Part shown: positions 53,270 to 64,000 of the stretch, in pieces
How the letters are laid out: each line of letters opens with the position of its first letter
Position numbering within the stretch: position 1 is the first letter of the stretch
Notes under the pieces: model-generated
Told to the model about the DNA's origin: nothing
Seen by the model: the letters and a program-made list of their open reading frames with translations, nothing else
Database searches by the model: none
Assembly: GCA_964016885.1 (NCBI GenBank)
Contig: OZ024741.1
Location: 95,170,001-95,234,000, forward strand
Reading direction: 5' to 3'
From: Eledone cirrhosa
Taxonomy: Eukaryota
DNA: 64,000 nucleotides
Translations under genes and position numbers: made by a program

Positions 53270-53790
53270 TTGCTCAGGTGAGGTGAAACTCACAAAGGAG
53301 TGCTGTTCCTCCCACATCTGGAACGGTGTTGCTGCTACACTCAGTCATAATATACTAACTCAGAAAAAAATCCCAATCCAACTAATTAGCATAAAGTCAA
53401 TCACAGACACACTGTCTGCCTTGGTTTCACAAATGTGCTGTCTCCTCCTACTGCCTTTTTCTACCATTACTACAGTGACCTCTTCTGCTTGGACTAGGTT
53501 ATTCTTATGCCACTTCCACCTCCCAACTCATCCATCTCTCACTTTTTTATCCATGTTGGGTCCACCCCACACTCACCACCACTGCCACCTCTGTTTCCAC
53601 ACAAACCACAACACTCAGTTATTCCTGTTCAGAACATTAGCTCTCTGGAATCTACCCCCACTTTCCATGCCTCTCCTGTAGGCATCAACTTGTAACAGTT
53701 TAAGCAAAGCCTCAACAGCATTAATTTCTCCTAGTAAAGGCCATAGGCTCTGCTCCTTCCTACCAGACCTAGTAAATTAAATAAAAAAGT
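53270..53790 (+). mobile_element. Decayed LINE (CR1/L2/Crack group) RT C-terminus and A-rich tail
   Basis: ECCSSHIWNG, QKKIPIQLI, FLFRTLALWNLP and INL*QFKQSLN resemble the EYCSHIW...FF.RT..LWN.LP...FK..IN C-terminal pattern. Confidence 0.65.
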
Positions 53791-53844
53791 CTTTTATTTT
53801 TTTTTCCAGTTCCTATAATCAGTATTATGTAAAGTGTAAGGACA

Positions 53845-54060
53845 GTGGAAAGGCAATATCAGTAGAGCATCGGACAAAACGCTTTGAGAGCATTTATGTA
53901 TGCCCCTTTATATTCTGAGACCAAATTCCGCTGAGATCAACTTTGCCTTTCATCTTTCCAAGGTCGATAAAATAAAGTACCAGTCAAGTACTGGGGTCGA
54001 TATTATTGACTTTCACCTTCCCGCAAATCTTAAGCCTTGTGCCTAAATTAGAAATCATTA
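53845..54060 (+). mobile_element. Older SINE family A relative
   Basis: CAACTTTGCCTTTCATCTTTCCAAGGTCGATAAAATAAAGTACCAG...GCCTTGTGCCTAAATTAGAAA. Confidence 0.8.
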
Positions 54061-55614
54061 TATGGAGTGTATGTGTGATTCTCTCCTATTCCACTTTCTT
54101 TATGTTGTTATATCTATAAGTTTTTTCATTATATATATATATCATATTTTCAAGTGATTATTCTGAATTATAGTAATACCTTGATCAATTTTTTTCTTTA
54201 TTATTATCATTATGCTTTTTATTCCCTAGTCAGCATAACAGATTCATTGACTTGATGTCTAGCAAAGTTCCTTTTTTATTTTCATTTCTTTTGTAAAGAT
54301 TAACTTTCATGTCGGAAAGTAATAATAATATAATACAATAATAACAAAAAAACATCCACACCTATACACACAAACATACACACACAAACACACACACATG
54401 TACACGTGTACTCACACACACAGACACACACCTCTTGCTGAGAATATGTCTCTTTAGCTTTCCATTTCAGCTTCATTAACTTAAAATTGAAATGAGTCTT
54501 CTCTCAGTGTAGAAAATATATAGATATTATAGAAGATCCTGGATTCTAAAAGCCAAACCTGTTTAGCAGGATGTTCTTGTGGCACTGGCTTGGCTGCTCT
54601 TATCTTTAACAGCACAATTTCCTTCTTTCAAAACCATGGTAACTTAATGCTAACATTGAATATATAGCAGAGTGCACTGCTCCTATTCACATTGTAATTC
54701 TTGCTGGCATTGTGTGAAAGGAGGAGGAAGAGGGGTGGTGGTGGTGGGGGGCGGCGAGGGGGATAGGAAGAGGAGCAAGGAGATATAACCAGGAGCACCT
54801 TATCAGCAGCTGTATGTGTAGACATACACGTCAACACAATGCATAAATCCTTCTCTGTGGGACTAATTGTATTTTACTGGCAACAATAGAAAGTGTGAAG
54901 TCACATTTTCTATATGGACGAAAAAAACAACTCCGACAACAGCAACGATAACTACTACTACTACTACTACCACTACTACATCGTATCTTTACAACTATAC
55001 ATTGTATGTACATATATATACTTTGGTGTACTTACAAACTAAGCTTTATTATATTGAAAGAGTAGTATAGATTGATGATAGATAGATAGATGAATTAAAA
55101 AGTGACAGATATGATGTAAGAGAAATGTGTATGCACACACACATATACACACGCAGAGAGAGAGAGAGAAAGAAAGTTTATTCTGATTTTATTTTTCTGC
55201 AAAATTTTAATTTCATAATAAGATTTTTAATAGGAGTAGGTAAGCCTGTATGGTTTGTTTCACAACCATGTGGTTTCAGGTACCATCCCACACCATGACA
55301 ACTTGGGCATGTGTCTTCTATTATAACTTCAAGCTGACCAATGCCTTGCAAGTAAATTTGGTTGACAGAAAGTGTAAGGCAGCCTGTCATGTGTGTGTGC
55401 GAGTGCACGCGCACGCGCACACACGCACACACACTATTATTATTATTATCGTAAATAAATTCTCAACACAGTTGACACTACTTAAGATTTCATAGCCTAC
55501 TATAGCATAGGTCTTAGTGACAGTATGTCTGCTAGTGTTGCTTATCTTTCAGGCAAAACAATACAGTAGAATGAAGAAATATATTAGTTTAATGCTTGAT
55601 TTATTAAGAAAAGA

Positions 55615-55652
55615 GTTTTTATGTTTCAGACATTAGTCTTTCATCAGAAGAT
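55615..55652 (-). ncRNA. Minimal hammerhead ribozyme motif (Penelope-like remnant)
   Basis: Minus strand: UU-CUGAUGA-A-AGAC-UAAU-GUCU-GAAA-CA-UA-AA; perfect stem II. Confidence 0.6.
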
Positions 55653-55754
55653 AGAATAAGAAATAAAAGAGGGAAGAAAAAGATAGAGAGAGAGAAAGGG
55701 TGGGGACTCTTATGCGTAGAGAGGAATCTTCAGTTGAGTCAATGGCTAACAGCA

Positions 55755-56875
55755 TCCCTAGTGTTGCTGCCACAAGAAAATGCACCCAGTCTACACTGCA
55801 AATTGGTAGTGCTGTTGTCAGGATAAAATACACCCAGTCACATGTTGTAAAGTAGTTGGTATTAAGAAGAGCATCCAGCTATGGAAACAATCCAAAATGG
55901 AGCGTTTGAGCAAGACATAATCATCTGACTTGTCTAGTTTCAGAACAGGATAAACTGTCCAATCCATGCCAATGTGGAAAAAAAAGTATGTAAAACAGTG
56001 ATGATGATGATGATATATATAATACATACATTATGTAAAGTGTTTGTGTTGGTGACATGACAAAAAGCACCCAGTCCACCCTGTAAGGTGGACGTGCTGG
56101 TGTCATGATGAAAAAGTACACAGTCCAACCTGTCGGTTGGTCGTTTTGGTACTGCAATAATAAAAAGCACCCAGTCCACACTGTAACATGGTTGGTGTTA
56201 AGAAGGGCATCCAGTCATAGAAATCAAGTCAGAAACAGTTATGTATGAGCAAAACACGGTCACCTTATCTGACTTGTTTCACAACGGGACAGCTCATCTA
56301 ACTCATGCTAGCGTGGAAAATGAACGTTAAACGATGACGATGTTGATGATTGTGTGTATGTAGCTTTTTTGTTTATATCTTCATATCAGCAATATGCAAA
56401 CAATATGTCCTGCAGCAGAGCAGTTCAATGAAGACAAGCAGTATATATCATACATATTAATAAATTATGGGTTGACATTAGGAAGGACATCCAGCTATAG
56501 AAAAAAACAAATTGACTAAAAAGAATTGTCTTGTTCAACCTAAAGCCAGCATGAAAAAGTGGATGTAAAATGATGAAAATGATAAGTTTAGGTAGATTAT
56601 AGGAAATTAATGATGTTTTACATTCAATTTTTGGTTTATTATTTGCAAAAGCACCCAGCCCACCCTGTAAAGTGGGCATGTAGGAATCACAATAAAAATC
56701 ACCCAGCACACACTGTAAATGTGGTTGACAGTAGGAAGGGCATCTAGCCATAGAAACCTTTTCAGAAACAGTTCTATATAAGTAAGACACGTTCACCTGA
56801 CCCAACTTGCCTCAAATGGGACAACTCATCTAACCCATGCTAACATGGAAAATGGACATTAAATGATGATGATTT
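55755..56875 (+). mobile_element. Cluster of 3-4 co-oriented SINE-like family C copies
   Basis: (GAT)n tails at ~56000, ~56335, ~56570 and ~56865, each preceded by AAGGGCATCCAG-like and CATGCTAG/CATGGAAAA motifs. Confidence 0.8.
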
Positions 56876-57911
56876 GTCACTCACTTCTTGATTTGGTCTG
56901 GGGTTTTTTTTGTTTTCTCTTTTATAATTATTATTCCATTTTATTAGTTTGGTTTGAGATTATTTAAATGAGAAAAATTTCTGGGTGGTGTGGGTAGTTG
57001 TTTAATTGCCCCAAATGGCAATAATTTGATGTACAAATATATTGAAAATATGTCATGCATAAAGGAAACTGTAGGAAAAGATTAAGGTAACAAGTGTAAA
57101 CCTGTTTAACCTCTAAGGGTGATTTGCTAAACTGCATGAAATGATTATTATTTATGAGGGTATGAGAAGGTGAGAGAGAGAGAAAGTGAGAGCAAGACAG
57201 TGAATAACAGACATATGGGGTCGATAAAATAAAGTACCAGTAATGTACTGAGTAATTGCTGGTCTTGTGCCAAAAGTAGAAACAATTATTTGTTCATCTT
57301 GTTAACTCTTTTGATACTCCAAGCCCCCTCCCCGCCCCGAAAAAGCCCCCCCCCCCTCCCTATTCTACACTACAAAACTTTATTTTAAAAGTGTTTATGT
57401 TTATCTAATAACCTTCATTCATAATTTTATGTAAGAACCTTTAATAAGCTATGTTCCACAACACCAATTTAATTATGAGAAATTACTTATATATTACTAA
57501 ATCCTTTGAAATTTTTGATAATTTGAAAATGATTTGAAAATCAGAGGCAGTGCTTTTCATTGTTATTGTTATTTTTTTAGTGGCACATCTTTTACTTCCC
57601 AACCCTTGAGCACCAAAGATGTACTGGTGTGCTTGAGTTTGGTTTGTGAAGCATTTCTGTGATTTGGGCTAAATGGTTTGCCAAGAGAGGTTCTTGTATT
57701 GGACAAACAGAAACTCATTTTCAGTTTTAAAACATAAACTAGACATTATTAGCTTACTCTTTAACATTTTCAGTATCATTTGTGGGAAGGGTGAAGTCAA
57801 ATTTATCAACTCCAGTACTTTACCGGTACTTTATTTTATCGATGCCAGAAGGATAAAAAGTAAAGTTGACTCCAACACTCTTAATGATTTTGCCAATCCA
57901 CACCAATAATA

Positions 57912-58135
57912 ATAATTGTTTCTACATTTATTTGGCAGAAGGCCAGCAATTTGAATGGGAGGGGAAAGTCAATTTATCGAGCCTTGTGCATTACTGGTAC
58001 TTTATTTTACCAAACTTGTAGGATGAAAGGCAAAGCTAACCTTGGTAGGATTTGAACTCAGAACGTAGAGGACTATAACTCTATGCTGCAAAGCATGCCG
58101 TCCGATACTCTACTGATTCTGCCAATCCACACTAA
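57912..58135 (-). mobile_element. SINE family A variant
   Basis: AATTGTTTCTAC...GGATTTGAACTCAGA...GCCAATCCAC. Confidence 0.8.
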
Positions 58136-58675
58136 TAATAATAATAATAATGATAATAAATTTCAGATTTTATAGCATTCAGTTTGAAACTGATCATCAA
58201 TCCATTTATTAATGCTCTCAGTAAATACAAGAATATTGGAATAGACAAGCCAACAAGGGAGCCTCTACATCGTTGTTTGACCTGCTAGATATAGCTGTCA
58301 AAGCCCCCTGCTCAAATTCACTACCTTCCAATGTTACTCTCGAACGCACATTATTGCAAGTAGAATAATATAGATATTGATTTCTAACATTGACACAAGG
58401 CCAGACATTTTGGGGAACACACAGTCAATCAAATAGCCTCTTTTACATTTACTTCTCCATGCTTGCATAAGTTGGATTGCTAAGGTAAATAACTAAATGC
58501 AGTAAAACAAAACCATGTTGCAATGTCATCTCTTATTACTGCTGGTTTATTTATTAGCCACACAGGGCTAACATTAAGAAAACATTAAGAGCAGCACAGT
58601 GTGGGTTTTAGCATGTAAAAAGGTTTTAACAAAAACAAGGAAACAAAGAAAAACATAAAAAATTCAAACAAAGTA

Positions 58676-58833
58676 TCATATATACTCGAATATAAGTCAA
58701 ACCACCTCCCCTATTTTATATCTGAGAAATGAGCACAATATTGACCTTGAATGTAAGCAAATCCCCAATTTTACCGATTTTGGATGGGGCGGGGATTTCA
58801 CATATTTCTCAGCTTATATTCAGGTATATACAG
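58676..58833. mobile_element. pogo/Tigger-type MITE
   Basis: TA|TCATATATACTCGAATATAAG ... CTTATATTCAGGTATATACAG|TA. Confidence 0.7.
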
Positions 58834-58889
58834 TAAATACCTCATTTGTGGGGAACTTCCGAGGAACACGTGTGGAGTTAATAATAATA

Positions 58890-59485
58890 CTAATTGTTTC
58901 TACTTTTGGCCCAAGGCCAGCAATTACCCAGTGTATTACTGGTACTTTATTTTAATAATAATTGTTTCTACTTTTGGCACAAGGCCAGCAAATTACCCAG
59001 TACATTACTGGTACTTTATTTTATTGACCCCGTAAGGATGAAAGGCAAAGTTAACCTCGACGGGATTTGAACTCAGACCGTAATAGGATGTAACTATGCT
59101 AGAAAGCATGGTGTCCAACCCTCTACTGATACTGCCAAATCGCCACCCTTATAATAATAATAATAATAATTGTTTCTACGTTAGGCACAAGGCCAGCAAT
59201 TACCCAGTGCATTACTGGTACTTTATTTTATCGACCCCGTAAGGATGAAAGGCAAAGTCAACCTCGGCAGGATTTGAACTCAGATCGTAAAGGGACGTAA
59301 CTATGCTGGAAAGCATGGCATCCGACCCTCTACCGATACTGCCAATCCTCCGCCCTTTTAATAATAATAATAATAATAATAATGATTTCTGACATAGGTA
59401 CAGGGCCACAAATCTTTGGAAGGGAACAGTTGATTATATTGACCTGAAGTACTTGATTGGTACTTTATGTTATTGATCCCGGGGG
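58890..59485 (-). mobile_element. Chain of four family A SINE copies (3' stub, two full copies, old 3' piece) joined by (TAA)n
   Basis: AATTGTTTCTAC at ~58892, ~58960 and ~59168; GATTTCTGACATAGG at ~59384. Confidence 0.9.
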
Positions 59486-59508
59486 AGGTTTAAAGCCATA
59501 CATATAAA

Positions 59509-59709
59509 CCCTTTTGTTGCCATATTTCTAATGAAAGACACTGATTATTTTGAAAATAATTTGGATTTTGGTAGGATTCCTTTCTCATTATTAAGCTGAT
59601 TCTTACATAAATTTATGATGGAAGATCTTTAGATAAATAGAAACACTTTGAAATAAACAGTTGTACAATTGAATCAGGGGCAGTTTCAGGCAATTTAATA
59701 TCAAAAGGG
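59509..59709 (-). mobile_element. piggyBac-type MITE, family P1
   Basis: CCCTTTTGTTGCCATATTTC...ATCAAAAGGG|TTAA. Confidence 0.75.
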
Positions 59710-60334
59710 TTAATGATAATAAGTTTTTTTAAAAGATCAGAAAATCTAGATGACTATTGTGAGCTGAAAATGATACGCAGGTTAATCAACTATTATAAAA
59801 TATTAAAAAGTCTTTTTTCATATATTATTAGTAGTATTAGTATTATTATACCTAGCCAGATATGCTGAACACAGATCAATAACTTCTATAGTAGAAATGT
59901 TGACATAACAAGAATCAATGGTATTGGTGTGGTGGAAGCAGTCACATTTGATATATTATACTCTACTAGAAATCACTTGAGTATTAAGTTTTATTATAGC
60001 CATATTGGGAGAAGACCAGTGAGTTGTCAGAAATGGCGTTTAATATAATTGTTCATTCAACCATGTGTGTTTAAATCCTGTGTCCACATGATTTTAACTT
60101 TAACTTTTGTCCCTTTGTGAAAGGTAATAAAAAGTAATAAAATAAATATAGTAACATCCCCCAACCATCATTAATTTGTTTGCCTCATCAAAAATAATTA
60201 TAATAGGTTGCTTATTAATTAGGCAGGATTGCTTGAGAGTTGGACAGAATGTCTTGTAGCATTTAGTTATCACTCTTTACATTCTAAGTTCACATTTTGC
60301 TGAGATAAACTTTAGCTTTCATCTTTCTAAGCTG

Positions 60335-60600
60335 CATCTCCTTGGATTGTAGGGACAGACTCTTCTAGTACTCTTTCTAATAGGTCCTGGCAGAAGCAAC
60401 TGTCTTCAATTGATCTGGCTGGATTCCCAAGTGAAACCAGCTCAGTTCATGGATGTTATCCAGCCATCTTGCTTAGAGTCTCCTGCCAGTTGATTCTGTC
60501 ATCTCTAAAAAAAGCCTAGTCTTTGTGGGTCTGAGAAAAGTATCAAATTGGTAACTGGCACACATAAGACCACCCAAACACTGCAATATGGATAGATACA
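60335..60600 (-). mobile_element. Decayed RTE (Expander-like) LINE 3' fragment
   Basis: Minus strand ARWLDNIHELSWFHLGIQPDQLKTVASAR resembles the RW.D.I..L.W..LGI.PEEL..VA C-terminus. Confidence 0.6.
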
Positions 60601-61239
60601 ATAAAGGCATCTTTCTAAGCTTGAGAAAATAAAACAGCAACCAAGAATTCAAATCAATATAACCAACTGTTCTGCAAATTATTGGCCTTGTGTCTATGTT
60701 AGAAATGGTTAATTATTAATGCATAATAGTTATGAGATTAAGGTCCTGGACTAGTGACCAGGTGTTCAGTGGTTCAAATCTTACAACAGCTATTGTGTTG
60801 CCACCTTAAAGCTTCTTGCTCTATTTTACTTCTCTGATATGGAAAAAAAAAAAAACAAAAGTAGGTTCCACTCCTACTTCATGGTTGAGTAGTCAGCTAT
60901 GAAAAGCATCAACATGTAAAACCAATTGCTCCAACAACAACTACGAACAAAAAATAACAAAGCAATCCCACCTATACAAATCTGGAAAAATGAATGTAAA
61001 AAGAAAGAAGGAATATTACATCAGCTTCCCTTTGTTAACTGAAAGAGAATATTGATTTTTGATTTCAGTTGACAAGACAGAAGACTGATTTGTTGTTGTT
61101 GTAGGGAACAGAAATAATTGATTAACTTAAACTCAATACATTGTCAGTTGTGATACTGAAAAGATGAAGAATAAAATTGAACCAGGTTGGATATTAAACT
61201 CAGTAATAACCAAATCACAATCTTGATATTGTAAAGATA

Positions 61240-61645
61240 CAATGAAACTAAAGGGAAATGTAACATGCTGCATGTGTGAGAAGTGTCATGATTTTGGAGT
61301 GCAAGACAGGCATGTGTGATGAATGTAGAGCAGCAGAAAAGGCTGAAAAGAATGGAAATGGGAAGGGTTAGGTGAATGAGTATCACTCAGAAGGAAGAAA
61401 ACAAACAATAAATTGCAGAGGATTATGGGAATAGAGCCAGTGGTGAATGTTGTAAAGAGAAATAGAATGAGATAGCTGGGTCATGTGTTGAGGAAGGATG
61501 GAAGTGACTGGATGAAAAGAGTGATGGGAATGGATGTAGGAGACAAAAAAGATATGATTAAGGATGCTGAAGGAGTAAATAAAAGTCATGGCTATGCTGA
61601 TGCTTAAGCAAAATGGAGAAGCTTGTCATGGAGCCTGCAACTTAA
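61240..61645 (+). mobile_element. Decayed RTE-clade LINE 3' fragment
   Basis: KLKG..ACVRSVMI, RLKRMEMGRVR*M and GIEPVVNVVKRNRMR*LGHVLRKD. Confidence 0.7.
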
Positions 61646-62142
61646 TATGGAGCCTTTCAGTTTAATATCAGCTTATTTGTTCATAGACCAAATAAATGAA
61701 TTACATGGAATTATCTGATTGGTTCTGTTTTGGAGCAGGAGGTATCCCATGATTTTGTGGTGCGATATAAATCTGATAATTTGCTTGATATTGGTCCATC
61801 TCAAGATGTTTGTAGCATTTTTGGTAAAACTGAACTTCTTTTGTTTTTAAGTCAGATGTGTGGCACATATAAACAGACTGTATTTAAACACTTAATAAGG
61901 ATATTGACAAAACATGGCTACAATCACTTTTTGTTGTGAAATAATTATCTAGAAATGAATTATCACAAGTCCCTTGAATTGTTTCTTGGAAAAAAGAACC
62001 AGATAAGTTAATAGTTAATGCAGAGAGTGGTAATAAATTCTAACACTTTAATTCAGCAATTTTTTCTTTAAAATATTTTAAGACATGGTATGTTTTATAC
62101 TTATCTTCATTGAAGATTCATATCAAATGTTGTCTGGCTTAG

Positions 62143-62343
62143 CCCTTTAGCATTTACATTATTTACTATTGTATTTTCACGGTAAAGGCATTACCTCACA
62201 TAATATCAAATCTATAAGATTTTGATCTTATTTATTTTGAGAACAATACTTTAACGCTGGTATAAGTGGCCGGTTACACCCAGTTTGAACAGAAAGAGGT
62301 GAGAGAATTTTGGCCGGATGCGGCCATTTTAAATGTTAAAGGG
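62143..62343 (-). mobile_element. piggyBac-type MITE, family P2
   Basis: TTAG|CCCTTTAGCATTTA...TAAATGTTAAAGGG|TTAA (14-bp TIR). Confidence 0.8.
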
Positions 62344-62560
62344 TTAAGGTGGTTTGGTTTTGGAAGAAAATGTGGTCAATGTCATTCCAAAATCAAAAAT
62401 TCAAAAAATAATTAACTCTATCTATGGCACAAGGTTAGTTTAGCTAGTTAAATACTTGGGGGGAACCATAAGTCCAGCACTCCGGATATGTGCCACTTCA
62501 ATCTTGTTTGATATTACTCTATATTATTGGTCATGTTATGTATAGGTGCAGTGTGACAGC

Positions 62561-62848
62561 CAGGGCCAGCGCTTCAATATAGGCAAACTAGGCAGCCGCC
62601 TAGGGTGCTGACTTCAGGGGGTGTATTTCTACAAATCAACAACAATTTTGAAAAATAAATAAATTTCAGTTTTATTGAGGGTCGGTTTTTTTTTTTATCC
62701 TGGTTTATTTCATACAGAGAAAAATAATTGAAAAACATTTTAAAAAAATGTTATTGTTTATAAATTTTGAAATTGATATTTTTCTTGAAGGGTGTGTGTG
62801 CAGAATCTAACTTTACCTAGGGTGCCAGATAGTCTGGCACTGGTCCTG
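62561..62848. mobile_element. hAT (Tip100/Ac-like) MITE
   Basis: CAGGGCCAGCGC...GCACTGGTCCTG; 8-bp flanks GTGACAGC/ATGACAGG; internal CCTAGGGTGC twice. Confidence 0.8.
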
Positions 62849-63429
62849 ATGACAGGTTGTGTATAGGTGCAGTATGACAGTGAAAACGTATTGCCTCTGT
62901 TTTGCTAGAGTGAATTCCAACAAGGTGGAAATAGATAATTCATGATAGTCTTAGCCCCTGGGAAATTATAGACATGATTAATAACTGCTTCTGCTTACTA
63001 TAGTTGTACTAAACTTGGTGTTGGTGGTATTGTAATAGATATGAGTTGCTGATGAATGTGTGGATGGATGGAAGAATCATTCTGAAATCAAACTGAAGGT
63101 GATTTAGATTCAGACATGGCAGGTGGAAAAAGCAGGAAAGAAACCCACCATATGAGTTATATATACTTAAAAACTGGAGTTCTGAGAGAAAAACAAAACA
63201 GGAGTTCGCATGTTCATATGATTCTCAAGGGAATTAATCAACAAAAGAGAATTATAATTGGGAATTGAAAACTAGTTTATGGACTTCACTTACTGAGATA
63301 ATATGTCCGAATGATAAATTAGTCACTTTGAATTCATGTGTCATGTTTTATTCTTTCTTTTTTTTCCTTTTCATTATTGCTTTGATCTAGAGAGGTGGGG
63401 AGGCTTTGCCTATTGTCTTTGCAGACTCT

Positions 63430-63720
63430 TGGAGGCCTGTTAATATTCCTCTAGAGAAATTACAAGCTAGAGGGAAGGAGAGGATTCCAGAGAGATTATG
63501 TTCTAGGAAGAAAGGACAGTAATTAATAGTTAGTGTAGTTCTTAGATTTGATCGATCCATTACTTTAATTTCAGTTGGTCTTTTTAAACTGTTAAAATAA
63601 ATTTAGCATGTAAGAAAGACTGGCACACTGAAGGATTTAAAAGCATGGCAAAATTAGAGGTGTCTATAGATCCCTAAATTTTTCTTTTGTGCCGACATTA
63701 CAAATAATTGAGTTTGTTGC
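63430..63720 (-). mobile_element. Highly decayed LINE RT C-terminus (similar to the 53270 element)
   Basis: Minus strand SFLPRT*SLWNPL. Confidence 0.4.
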
Positions 63721-64000
63721 TGTTACCATGTTACCATGTAAAGGGATTCAAATTGAAAAGTGAGAATTTACAGAATTTATACTGCTGGAAAGGTATCAAT
63801 TGTTACACAAGAATACATTGTTTTATTGAGTGAATAGCATAAAATCTCTGTGAACATGATTTATTTTACAAGAGAATTTTTAGGACGGCTTTTTTTTTCA
63901 TTTATGATCTCTAATCAGTAATCTGAACAAAAGACTCCCTACGTGTCTCATTCAGATAATCAAGGTTTAACACATATATCGGTTAGAATGTGTAAGGAAA

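Noticed and set aside
54540-54910. Possible promoter or conserved non-coding element with a purine-rich tract
   Set aside because: No CpG island, splice signal or adjacent gene supports it from sequence alone.

Overview
AT-rich, repeat-dense animal (eukaryotic) genomic DNA with no host protein-coding exon I can recognise. The SINE families, microsatellite load and composition suggest a mollusc, probably an octopus/coleoid cephalopod (inference). Bases 1 to ~11.8 kb are a 43-bp tandem satellite (~270 copies) with about seven dimorphic sites and irregular multi-monomer block duplications. The remaining 52 kb looks like intergenic or intronic sequence. It contains a young 5'-truncated CR1/L2-group LINE (APE+RT, three lesions) nested in a piggyBac-type MITE, several decayed RTE and other LINE 3' ends, three SINE families, MITEs (piggyBac, hAT, Tc1/mariner, pogo types) and a non-autonomous Helitron. 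The most notable unexplained structures are six minimal hammerhead-ribozyme-like motifs, all on the minus strand; microsatellite-centred fold-back palindromes of 110-470 bp; and two pre-miRNA-sized hairpins. Most short ORFs in the supplied track are microsatellite or SINE artefacts. Coordinates were read by eye and may be off by a few bases.
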